Origin: a bacterium
GTDB lineage: Bacteria > Zhuqueibacterota > Zhuqueibacteria > Zhuqueibacterales > Zhuqueibacteraceae
Length of the DNA: 64,000 nucleotides
Assembly (NCBI GenBank): GCA_044869275.1
Contig: JBIOXB010000213.1
Location: forward strand, 11,075 to 75,074
Direction: 5' to 3'
The notes beneath the pieces are model-generated. The model was given only the letters and a program-made list of their open reading frames with translations, was not told the DNA's origin and ran no database searches. Within the stretch, counting starts at the first letter, position 1. Each line of letters begins with the position of its first letter. Position numbers and translations under genes: made by a program. Shown here in pieces: positions 30,859 to 39,281 of the stretch.

Positions 30859-32586
30859 ATGTCTCCTCAAAAAAGCTACCATGCCTCCCTCGGCGCATAT
30901 CAATCGTCAGTTGAGAGGGCCTTGAAAGATCTGCGCGATCAAAATCTCATCCCACGCATTTGGCGGCAGGATTACACCGTTTGGAAACCCGATCCCACGG
31001 AGATCGCCAACCGCCTGGGCTGGCTGCAGAGCCCGGAAGTGATGACGGGCAATATTCCCGAGATCAAAGCCTGTGTCGAAACCTTGCGGGCGGAAGGATT
31101 CACTCAGGCGCTGCTGCTGGGCATGGGTGGCTCCAGCCTGGCGCCGGAGGTTTTTCGATTCACGTTCGGCGTACAGCCCGGCTATCTTGATCTCGCCGTA
31201 TTGGACAGCACGCATCCCAGCGCGGTGTTGTCCCACGCGCGGCGGCTCGATCTCAAAAAAACGATATTCATCGTTTCCACGAAATCCGGCGGAACGGTGG
31301 AGACTTTTTCCTTTTTCAAATACTTCTACAACCTCGTGCTCAAAGCCGTGGGCAGGGAGAAAACGGGCGAGCATTTCATCGCCATCACCGATCCCGGCAG
31401 CGGCCTGGCGGATACGGCTTATGAGTATAATTTTCGCAAGACCTTTCTGAACGACCCCAATATCGGCGGGCGTTATTCAGCATTGTCTTATTTCGGACTG
31501 TTTTCGGCTGCCCTGCTCGGAATGGATTTGAATCTCTTGCTTGCGCGCGCCCGCGCTACGGCGCAAAACTGTAAAAGCGAAAATTTCGCGCCAGCGGGAG
31601 ACAACGCCAGCGCAGTGCTGGGTGCAATTATGGGGGAACTGGCGTTCGCCGGCCGCGATAAGCTTACGCTGTTCGCTTCGCCCGGCCTCGCTTCGTTCCG
31701 CGCGTGGGCCGAGCAATTGATTGCCGAAAGCACGGGCAAAGAGGGCCGGGGCATCTTGCCGGTGGCCAATGAGGACGAGCCCGGCACACCTGCCTTTTAT
31801 GCGCAGGATCGACTGTTCGCATATTTGCGCCTGGCGGGTGATACGACCTACGACGCCAAAATGAAAGTGCTGGCCGATGCCGGTTTTCCTGTCGTGCAAT
31901 TTGATTTGCAGGATCGGTACGATCTCGGCGGCGAATTCTTCCGCTGGGAAATGGCGACCGTGATTGCGGGACAGCGGCTGGGCATCAATCCTTTCGATCA
32001 GCCCAATGTCGAATCCGCCAAAGTGCTGGCGCGCAAAATGGTGGCGGAATTCCAAGAAAAGGGCAAACTGCCGGAATTGACCGCTATGGTGCATGAAAAC
32101 GGCATCTCAGCGTTTGCGCAAGTGCCGGCACGATCTCTGGCAGAAGCGTTGCAGAATTTCCTGGCACAAGCACAAGGCCGCGATCATTCGCGTGTGCCAC
32201 GCAGTTACGTGGCATTGCAAGCCTACCTTGCGCCAGACGCTGCAACCGATGAAGCGCTCAAGGCTCTGGCCAATGCCATACGCGATCGCCACCGTCTGGC
32301 CACGACGATCGGCTACGGCCCGCGCTTCCTGCATTCCACCGGCCAGTTGCACAAAGGCGATGCCGGCAACGGGCTGTTCATTCAGCTCACTGCCAGCATT
32401 GCGGAAGATGCCCCCATTCCGCAAAAGGCCGGAGAAGAAGCGTCGAATATGACCTTCGGCACGCTGCTGCAGGCGCAAGCATTGGGCGATCGACAAGCGT
32501 TACTGGAAAATCATCGCAAAGTTATCCGGTTCGACCTGGGGAATAATGTCTCCGCCGGCTTGCTGCGATTAGCGGAGTGGGTTTAA
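30859..32586 (+). CDS. pgi: Glucose-6-phosphate isomerase (type seen as the PGI half of Tal-Pgi fusions)
   Basis: LLGMGGSSL, STKSGGTVET, IGGRYS, EQLIAESTGK, NPFDQPNVE, GPRFLHSTGQ. Confidence 0.9.
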   Translation: MSPQKSYHASLGAYQSSVERALKDLRDQNLIPRIWRQDYTVWKPDPTEIANRLGWLQSPEVMTGNIPEIKACVETLRAEGFTQALLLGMGGSSLAPEVFRFTFGVQPGYLDLAVLDSTHPSAVLSHARRLDLKKTIFIVSTKSGGTVETFSFFKYFYNLVLKAVGREKTGEHFIAITDPGSGLADTAYEYNFRKTFLNDPNIGGRYSALSYFGLFSAALLGMDLNLLLARARATAQNCKSENFAPAGDNASAVLGAIMGELAFAGRDKLTLFASPGLASFRAWAEQLIAESTGKEGRGILPVANEDEPGTPAFYAQDRLFAYLRLAGDTTYDAKMKVLADAGFPVVQFDLQDRYDLGGEFFRWEMATVIAGQRLGINPFDQPNVESAKVLARKMVAEFQEKGKLPELTAMVHENGISAFAQVPARSLAEALQNFLAQAQGRDHSRVPRSYVALQAYLAPDAATDEALKALANAIRDRHRLATTIGYGPRFLHSTGQLHKGDAGNGLFIQLTASIAEDAPIPQKAGEEASNMTFGTLLQAQALGDRQALLENHRKVIRFDLGNNVSAGLLRLAEWV

Positions 32587-32597
32587 GGCCAGCAAGT

Positions 32598-32713
32598 TGG
32601 ATGAATGGATAAATGGATTGTTGGATTGATGGATGGTTGGATTGATGGATGACTGGATTTTCCAACAATCCACCAATCCAACAATCCACCAATCCAATAA
32701 TCCATCAATCCAA
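32598..32713. repeat. Inverted 8-nt array (TGGATTGN / CAATCCAN)
   Basis: About eight TGGATNNN units immediately followed by about seven AATCCANN units. Confidence 0.9.
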
Positions 32714-32752
32714 TAGTTCAAGGCTCTAACCTTCGCACTCAGAATAAGAGAC

Positions 32753-32959
32753 ATGCATCAACCTATTTCAGTTCAGGGCATCGATCACGTTGAGCTTTTT
32801 GTGCCTGATCGCTATGCCGCGGCTAAGTGGTATGAGGAAGTTCTGGGGCTGCGCCTTATGCCCGCGTTCGAAGAATGGGCAAGCGATCCCTACGGCCATC
32901 GCTTGGAAGTGACGACCTATAACTACGAATATGTCGCCCAGCGACTCGCGGAGAAATAG
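32753..32959 (+). pseudogene. VOC/glyoxalase family gene with in-frame internal deletion
   Basis: N-terminal GIDHVELFVPD...WYEEVLGL joined almost directly to C-terminal DPYGHRLEVT; 68 aa. Confidence 0.7.
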
Positions 32960-32972
32960 AATAATCGAAAAC

Positions 32973-33087
32973 TGGATTGATGGATTAAGGAAGACCATCA
33001 ATCCAGTAATCCAACAATCCAACAATCCAGTAATCCAGTAATCCAGTAATCCAGTAATCCAGTAATCCAGTAATCCAGTAATCCAGT
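32973..33087. repeat. 8-nt tandem array AATCCAGT with short inverted arm
   Basis: TGGATTGATGGATT, then 11 AATCCA(GT/AC) units at 33000-33087, the last eight perfect AATCCAGT. Confidence 0.95.
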
Positions 33088-33109
33088 ACTTTACTTTTTG
33101 CACCATCCC

Positions 33110-33775
33110 ATGAACATTATCATCGTGCCTTCGATACTCTCTGCTGATTTCGCGCGCTTTGGCGAGCAGGTGCGTGAAGCTGAAGCCGCCGGCGCCCAGG
33201 CCGTTGAAATCGATGTCATGGATGGGCGTTTCGTTCCGAATATCACATTCGGACAGGGATTGGTGCGCGCTTTGCGGCCACTCACGAACATGAAGCTGTA
33301 CGTGCATCTCATGATCGTTGAGCCGGAAAAATACCTCGCCGAATTCGCCGCGGCCGGCGCTGACCGGCTGACGGTGCATCAGGAAGCGTGTCTGCATTTG
33401 CATCGTACGCTGCAAGGTATTCGCGATCTCAAAACCGAGGCGGGCGTAGCCCTAAACCCGGCCACGCCCATCAGCATGATCGAGAGCGTTCTCGATTTGG
33501 CCGAGGTTGTACAAATTATGACGGTGAACCCCGGTTTCGGCGGGCAGGCTTTTTTGCACAGCCAGTTGCAAAAGATCGAGAGCTTGCATCAGCTGATCGC
33601 CGCGCGCGGCTTGCCTATTCGCATCGCCGTCGACGGCGGTATTGATGTGCAGACTGCCCCTCAAGTCGTTGCCGCCGGCGCAACCATCTTGGTGGCAGGC
33701 TCGAGTATTTATCACCAGAGAGCTACGGTGAAAGACAGCTTTCATACTTTGCAGCAGGCGGTATATCAAAAATGA
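33110..33775 (+). CDS. rpe: Ribulose-phosphate 3-epimerase
   Basis: PSILSADF, DVMDGRFVPNITFG, VHLMI, MTVNPGFGGQ, VDGGI, VAGS. Confidence 0.95.
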   Translation: MNIIIVPSILSADFARFGEQVREAEAAGAQAVEIDVMDGRFVPNITFGQGLVRALRPLTNMKLYVHLMIVEPEKYLAEFAAAGADRLTVHQEACLHLHRTLQGIRDLKTEAGVALNPATPISMIESVLDLAEVVQIMTVNPGFGGQAFLHSQLQKIESLHQLIAARGLPIRIAVDGGIDVQTAPQVVAAGATILVAGSSIYHQRATVKDSFHTLQQAVYQK

Positions 33776-33866
33776 TGTACCAGCTTTTGCAGTTGCCTCC
33801 GTTTCTGCCCTAAATTTGTTTTCGCAATTTGTGTTGGACCAATAAGCCGCTCAGGAGATTTTCTGC

Positions 33867-35348
33867 GTGAAAAACACTACCATCGTCATTTTCGGCGCTT
33901 CCGGGGACCTCACCGCCCGCAAACTGATTCCAGCGCTTTACAATAATTTCAGAAAGGGCCGCTTGCCCGCGAACACGCGCATCATCGGCATGGCGCGCAG
34001 CAAATTCACCGCCGAAGAGTTTCGTGAAAAAATGCGCGAAGCGGTGCAGGTCTTTGCGCCGCGCGAATTTCAGACGGACAAATGGCAGCAGTTTGCGCCC
34101 TCGTTGTTTTACCAGCCCGGTGACATGACCAAGTCTGAAGCCTATCCTCCGCTTGAAAGTCGCATACGGACCCTGGCCCCAGACGGCGGCAATCGTCTGT
34201 ATTATTTGTCCACGGCGCCGGAGTTTTATCCCATCGCCGCAACTTTGCTCAGCGAGCACGGCATGTCGCAGGAAGCCGAAAACGACGGTTTTCGCCGCAT
34301 TATCATTGAAAAACCCTTCGGCCAGGACCTCGCCTCCGCCATGGAATTGAATCACATAGTGCATCACGCTTTCAAAGAGTCGCAAGTCTACCGCATCGAT
34401 CACTACCTCGGCAAGGAGACGGTGCAAAATATTTTGGTATTCCGCTTTGCCAATGCGATTTACGAGCCGCTCTGGAACCGCAATTATATCGATCACATGC
34501 AAATCACGGTTTCCGAAACCGTGGGCGTGGGCCATCGCGCGGGCTACTATGATAAAGCCGGTGTGCTGCGCGACATGTTTCAGAATCACCTGCTGCAATT
34601 GCTCACCCTGGTGGCGATGGAACCGCCGCACCGCTATGAAGCGGACACGCTGCGCAACAAGAAAGTCGAGGTCCTGAGCGCCTTGCGTCAAATCTCCCCC
34701 AAGGAAGTGGCGGAATACACCGTGCGTGCGCAATACGAGGGCTACCAGCACGAACCCGGCGTCGAACAGTTTTCCACCACGCCGACTTACGCGGCGCTGA
34801 AATTGTTCGTCGACAATTGGCGCTGGCAGGGTGTGCCGTTCTATCTGCGCTCGGGCAAGTATCTTGCCGAAAAAACCTCGGAAGTCACGATTCATTTCCG
34901 GCAGCCGCCGCAGCAACTTTTTCATTTCAGCTCGAATCAAACCGCACAGACCACCAACCGGTTGAGCATTTGCGTGCAACCCGACGAGGGTTTCCATCTT
35001 ATTTTTGCCGCCAAGGTACCGGACAAAGGCATGGAATTGCAGCCGGTCGATATGGATTTTCACTATAAAGAATCGTTTGGTGAAGACGCGATTCCTGAAG
35101 CCTATGAGAGATTGCTTCTGGATGCCTTGAACGGCGACGCGGCATTGTTCGCGCGCAGCGACGAAATCGAACTGGCGTGGAAATTCATCGACAGTATCCA
35201 CAGCGGGTGGGAGACGAAATTCGCGCCACCCATCGCCGTGTACAAGCCCCACTCGTGGGGCCCCAAGGCCGCGGACATGTTGCTGGCACGCGATGACCGG
35301 CACTGGGTTCATGGTTGCGGCAGAGAACATGAAGCGAAAAAGCAATAA
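33867..35348 (+). CDS. zwf: Glucose-6-phosphate 1-dehydrogenase
   Basis: GASGDL, EKPFG, RIDHYLGKE, RDMFQNH, WQGVPFYLRSGK, AYERLL. Confidence 0.97.
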   Translation: MKNTTIVIFGASGDLTARKLIPALYNNFRKGRLPANTRIIGMARSKFTAEEFREKMREAVQVFAPREFQTDKWQQFAPSLFYQPGDMTKSEAYPPLESRIRTLAPDGGNRLYYLSTAPEFYPIAATLLSEHGMSQEAENDGFRRIIIEKPFGQDLASAMELNHIVHHAFKESQVYRIDHYLGKETVQNILVFRFANAIYEPLWNRNYIDHMQITVSETVGVGHRAGYYDKAGVLRDMFQNHLLQLLTLVAMEPPHRYEADTLRNKKVEVLSALRQISPKEVAEYTVRAQYEGYQHEPGVEQFSTTPTYAALKLFVDNWRWQGVPFYLRSGKYLAEKTSEVTIHFRQPPQQLFHFSSNQTAQTTNRLSICVQPDEGFHLIFAAKVPDKGMELQPVDMDFHYKESFGEDAIPEAYERLLLDALNGDAALFARSDEIELAWKFIDSIHSGWETKFAPPIAVYKPHSWGPKAADMLLARDDRHWVHGCGREHEAKKQ

Positions 35349-36129
35349 TCCGAAAGAAAGCGGAATCGCATTGTCAAACCCGAAAAAAAACGCCAAAGTC
35401 TTCCGCACCCCGCCGGGGCTGGCAACGGGAGCGGGTGAATTCATTGCGACGGTGATGAGGCAGGCCGTTGCGGCGCATGGGACGTGCACGGTTGCGCTGG
35501 CCGGCGGCAACACGCCACGCGCGGCCTATGAGACCCTGGCCGGCGGAGATCATCGCAAAAGCATGCCTTGGCCCCAAGTGCATTTTTTCTGGGGAGATGA
35601 AAGAATGGTGCCGCCCGATCATGAGTTGAGCAATTTTCGCATGGCGCAGGAGGCGTTGTTACAGCACGTCAGCGTGCCGCCGGAGAATATTCATCGCATC
35701 AAAGGAGAACTCGCGCCGGAGAACGCCGCCCAGGACTATCGCGCAGAGCTGCAGCGTTTCTTTGAACCTCGGGCCGCGCTTTCCGCTTCGCGCTTTCCGA
35801 TTTTCGATCTCATTTTGCTGGGCCTGGGCGAGGATGGCCACACCGCTTCGATCTTTCCCGGCACGCATGCGGTCTGGGAGAATTCCAGAACCGCCATCGC
35901 CGTGTTTGTGCCGCACCTGAACCAATGGCGCGTCACCTTGACATTGCCGGTGCTCAATCAGTCGCGCCAGGTGGCATATTTGATTTCAGGCAAAGCGAAA
36001 GCGCAAATTGTTGCTGCCATCTTGAAATCGGAGCATGATCGTGTGCCATGGCCGGCGGCGAGGGTCCGGCCGGCGCACGGAGAGCTGCACTGGCTTTTGG
36101 ACGCGGAGGCGGCGAGCTTGCTGCCCTGA
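35329..36129 (+). CDS. pgl: 6-phosphogluconolactonase (start may be TTG 35371)
   Basis: LAGGNTP, FWGDERMVP, SNF, LGLGEDGHTASIFP, RVTLT. Confidence 0.93.
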   Translation: MKRKSNNPKESGIALSNPKKNAKVFRTPPGLATGAGEFIATVMRQAVAAHGTCTVALAGGNTPRAAYETLAGGDHRKSMPWPQVHFFWGDERMVPPDHELSNFRMAQEALLQHVSVPPENIHRIKGELAPENAAQDYRAELQRFFEPRAALSASRFPIFDLILLGLGEDGHTASIFPGTHAVWENSRTAIAVFVPHLNQWRVTLTLPVLNQSRQVAYLISGKAKAQIVAAILKSEHDRVPWPAARVRPAHGELHWLLDAEAASLLP

Positions 36130-36183
36130 CGCGATCGTCTGGCGCAACGATGTCTGAATTGCCTCACGAGAAATTTTCACGAT

Positions 36184-36207
36184 CTGGCAGGTTTTAAAAC
36201 CTGCCAG
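36184..36207. repeat. Perfect palindrome, REP-like
   Basis: CTGGCAGGTTTTAAAACCTGCCAG. Confidence 0.75.
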
Positions 36208-36218
36208 GTCCAAAAAAT

Positions 36219-36255
36219 AAAACGCCCGGCCATGTTATCATGGCCGGGCGTTTTT
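36219..36255. terminator. Bidirectional intrinsic terminator
   Basis: AAAACGCCCGGCCATG-TTAT-CATGGCCGGGCGTTTTT between convergent pgl and S8 genes. Confidence 0.85.
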
Positions 36256-36271
36256 CATTGATGAAAATCAT

Positions 36272-38020
36272 CTACTTCTTCTTCCACCGCCGCAGCAGTA
36301 CCAACGGCACGAGAAAGAAAACAATGTTGAGCGGAATTTCCACCGCGTATTTCGCAGAAGAATCCAACCCTTCGATGGCCATGGCGCTTTGGCCGCAGCA
36401 GCCGCCGCCATCGCCAGGATCGGGTTCACTGGTGATCTTGAAGGAATAAGTCGGGCTGAGGGTGCGGTTCCCGGAGTTGTCCACCGCGAGCACACTGTAG
36501 TTGATCGTGGTATTCAACGACTGGCCGGGAAGATTGGCGGAATAAGTATCGTTCGCGCCGGCGGCCATATTCAACGTGTCCGCCGCACCGCCGTTGAGTG
36601 AGTAAACCAAGCGCACCCGGCTGACGCCGCCGTCATCGACCACGGAGGTATTGACCGGATAGGGTCCGCTGGTATTGGGAGTGTTGCCCCAATCGGTGGT
36701 CATCGCAATGACGGGATTCGTGCCCATGGCGCTGAAGACATTGAGCCGGCCGCCGCTCGTCATGCGGCCGATGAATTCCGATTTGCGATCAACCGAACCG
36801 AGCACGCGCACCAGCACTTGATGCGCCTGCAAGCCGGGATATCTCGCCCACACCAGCGCACATGCGCCGGCCACATGCGGCGTGGCCATGCTGGTGCCAC
36901 TGAGAAATTGATAGCGGCTCAACGGCCTGGTGCTGTAAATGCTCGAGCCGGGCGCGGAGAGATCGACCGTGCGCCGGCCGTAATTCGAGAAGCTGGAAAG
37001 CTTGTCGTTGCGGTCATTGCTGGCCACGGACACCACGTTGGGCACCTCATAATTCGAGGGATAATTCGGCGAGTTGTCGGTGTTCAAGCCGTCGTTGCCC
37101 GCGGCGGCAATGAACAGCACGCCGCGATCGTGGGCGTATTGAATCGCGTCTTTCAAAACTTGCGAAGCGCCGCCGCCGCCCCAGCTGTTACTGAGAATTT
37201 TCGCGCCGTTGTCCGCGCCATAGATGATCGCGCGCGCCGCGTCCGCGGTGGAGCCGGAGCCGTCGCTGCCCAAAAATTTCAGCGGCATCAACCTCACCTT
37301 CCAATTCACCCCCACCACGCCCTTGCCGTTGTTGCCCACCGCGCCGATCGTGCCGGAGCAATGCGTGCCATGATCCTGATCGTCATACGGGTCGTTATCG
37401 TTGTTGATGAAATCATAGCCACGATAATCGTCTTTATAACCGTTGCCGTCGTCGTCAACGTTGTTGTTCTCTTTGCCGCCGCCGCTTTCGCCGGGGTTGC
37501 GCCAGATGTTGTCCTTGAGATCTTCGTGATCGTAATCGATGCCGGTGTCGATGACGCCGACGAGGACATTTTCACTGCCGGTAGTCAATTCCCACGCTTC
37601 CGGTGCATCGAGATCATTGTCACTTGCTTGATGCAGGCCATAAAGATCGCTGAAATATTGATCATTCGGAAAGACCGGTGGCGCCGCTGCCGTTTCCAAA
37701 GCGTACAGGCGGTAATTCGGCTCGGCATATTCCACGTTGGGATCGGCCTTGCACCTGGCCAGGGCCTGGTCGAAATTTCCTCCGGCCGCGACTTTGGCGC
37801 TGACAAAGGGAATATTGGGGTACATCACAACGCTCGTCATGCCGACGCTGCGGAGATAGTTGGCAGCATCTTGAACACCCGCCACTCCCGTTTTATATTT
37901 GATGACGATTTCGCCGGGCACGGTGAGCGGCTTGCCTTTAATTTTGACTTGCGCCGGCAGAGACGCGATCATTCCTGACAACAGTGCGCACAAGAAAAAT
38001 AACCGGCTCGCGGTTTTCAT
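36272..38020 (-). CDS. S8 subtilisin-like serine protease with prodomain and C-terminal anchor
   Basis: Signal peptide; VIDTG, HGTHCSG, AAGN, GTSMATP; tail GGGCCGQS...IVFFLVPLVLLRRWKKK. Confidence 0.93.
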   Translation of the reverse strand: MKTASRLFFLCALLSGMIASLPAQVKIKGKPLTVPGEIVIKYKTGVAGVQDAANYLRSVGMTSVVMYPNIPFVSAKVAAGGNFDQALARCKADPNVEYAEPNYRLYALETAAAPPVFPNDQYFSDLYGLHQASDNDLDAPEAWELTTGSENVLVGVIDTGIDYDHEDLKDNIWRNPGESGGGKENNNVDDDGNGYKDDYRGYDFINNDNDPYDDQDHGTHCSGTIGAVGNNGKGVVGVNWKVRLMPLKFLGSDGSGSTADAARAIIYGADNGAKILSNSWGGGGASQVLKDAIQYAHDRGVLFIAAAGNDGLNTDNSPNYPSNYEVPNVVSVASNDRNDKLSSFSNYGRRTVDLSAPGSSIYSTRPLSRYQFLSGTSMATPHVAGACALVWARYPGLQAHQVLVRVLGSVDRKSEFIGRMTSGGRLNVFSAMGTNPVIAMTTDWGNTPNTSGPYPVNTSVVDDGGVSRVRLVYSLNGGAADTLNMAAGANDTYSANLPGQSLNTTINYSVLAVDNSGNRTLSPTYSFKITSEPDPGDGGGCCGQSAMAIEGLDSSAKYAVEIPLNIVFFLVPLVLLRRWKKK

Positions 38021-38073
38021 GAGAAGTTCTCCTGATGTTGTTGAAAATATACGGGTGTGTTACAGAATTTCGC

Positions 38074-38119
38074 TTCACGTTACACGTTACACCTTACACG
38101 CGTAAAGTGTAACGTGGAA
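38074..38119. repeat. Inverted 7-nt array (TTACACG / GTGTAAC)
   Basis: CACGTTACACGTTACACCTTACACG-CGTAAAGTGTAACGTG. Confidence 0.8.
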
Positions 38120-38144
38120 GAAATCGAAATCACTCTGGCGTGAA

Positions 38145-39125
38145 TTACGTGATTGGATTGACCAGTTCCCCAAATCCGGTGATCGAAGTCACCATGGTAT
38201 CACCGGGCTGCAATGGCCCGACGCCTTCGGGTGTGCCCGTAGCAATGAGATCTCCCGGTTGCAGCGTGCAGAAGCGTGAGATGAAGCTGATGAGCTCGGT
38301 GATGGGAAAAACCATATCGGCTGTCGAGCCTTGTTGTTTGATTTCCGCATTGAGTGTGAGCTTCACCTCCAAGGCTTGCGGGTCAGCCACGCAGCCGCGC
38401 GGAATTAAATAAGGGCCCACCGGACAAAAAGTATCAAAGTTTTTTGCGCGGAACCAGGGCAATCCCGCGGCGGTATCTTTTTTTTGCAGTTCGCGCGCGG
38501 TGACGTCGTTGAGTATGGTATAGCCCGCGACATAGTCGAGTGCTTCATTTGGCGCAATGTTTGCGCCGGCCTTGCCGAGCACCACGGCCAGCTCCGCTTC
38601 ATAGTCGATTCGTCCGGCCTCACGCGGCAGCCGCACCGCCTCTTCGTGCGCGATCAAGGCGGATGGCGATTTGCCGAAAAAGATCGGCTCTTTCGGCAAG
38701 GGATTCTTCAGCTCAGCCGCATGGCCGCGGTAGTTCCGGCCGATGCAAAGGATCTTTTGCGGCCGCGCGAGGGGCAGTTGAAATTTCGGCTCTGCCGTTA
38801 AGATCAAATCCTGGAGCGAGCGAAATTGTTTCAACGTGGCGAAGACTTCGTCAAAGGATTCGGCGTGAAACAAATCGAGCTCGACCATCACCTGCAAAAA
38901 CACCAGATCCGGGGCCTTGTGATTAAGCTTGATTTGTTTGAAAAGCTCCCACGCGCGCGTGAAATTGTAGCGCTGGGCCGGAATTTCCGCCGGATTCTCA
39001 CTCCATTCCACGCCGATTTGATGTTGCTGCTTCTGATTCAGGAAGGAAAATACGCGGGTCAATGGAAATCCTTTCGTGAAACCGGTTTTTATTGCACGCG
39101 CAGATGTTAACAACTGCTGCGGCAA
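38145..39125 (-). CDS. Fumarylacetoacetate hydrolase family protein
   Basis: KILCIGRNY..HAAE, DYEAEL, NDVTARE, AKNFDTFCPVGP, TGTPEGVG. Confidence 0.92.
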   Translation of the reverse strand: MPQQLLTSARAIKTGFTKGFPLTRVFSFLNQKQQHQIGVEWSENPAEIPAQRYNFTRAWELFKQIKLNHKAPDLVFLQVMVELDLFHAESFDEVFATLKQFRSLQDLILTAEPKFQLPLARPQKILCIGRNYRGHAAELKNPLPKEPIFFGKSPSALIAHEEAVRLPREAGRIDYEAELAVVLGKAGANIAPNEALDYVAGYTILNDVTARELQKKDTAAGLPWFRAKNFDTFCPVGPYLIPRGCVADPQALEVKLTLNAEIKQQGSTADMVFPITELISFISRFCTLQPGDLIATGTPEGVGPLQPGDTMVTSITGFGELVNPIT

Positions 39126-39210
39126 AAGGCAAGGGAAAAGTCAGGCGGAATTTGTCCAATCGTTGAGTGCCGCGGCCGCTGCTTTCTCCCACGCCACACA
39201 CAAATATTTT

Positions 39211-39258
39211 TTTGACAGGATTTACAGGATTCGATTTTTTTACATCCTGTCAATCCTG
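39211..39258. repeat. Inverted 9-nt array (ACAGGATTT / ATCCTGTCA)
   Basis: TTGACAGGATTTACAGGATT ... ATCCTGTCAATCCTG. Confidence 0.75.
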
Positions 39259-39281
39259 CCAAAGAGCTGTTCCGAAGAAAA

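Noticed and set aside
32598..33087. Possible CRISPR array
   Set aside because: Units are 8 nt and contiguous, with no unique spacers and no cas genes
32768..33415. ORF with repeated WITGLLDY peptide
   Set aside because: Translation of the AATCCAGT array plus the antisense of rpe
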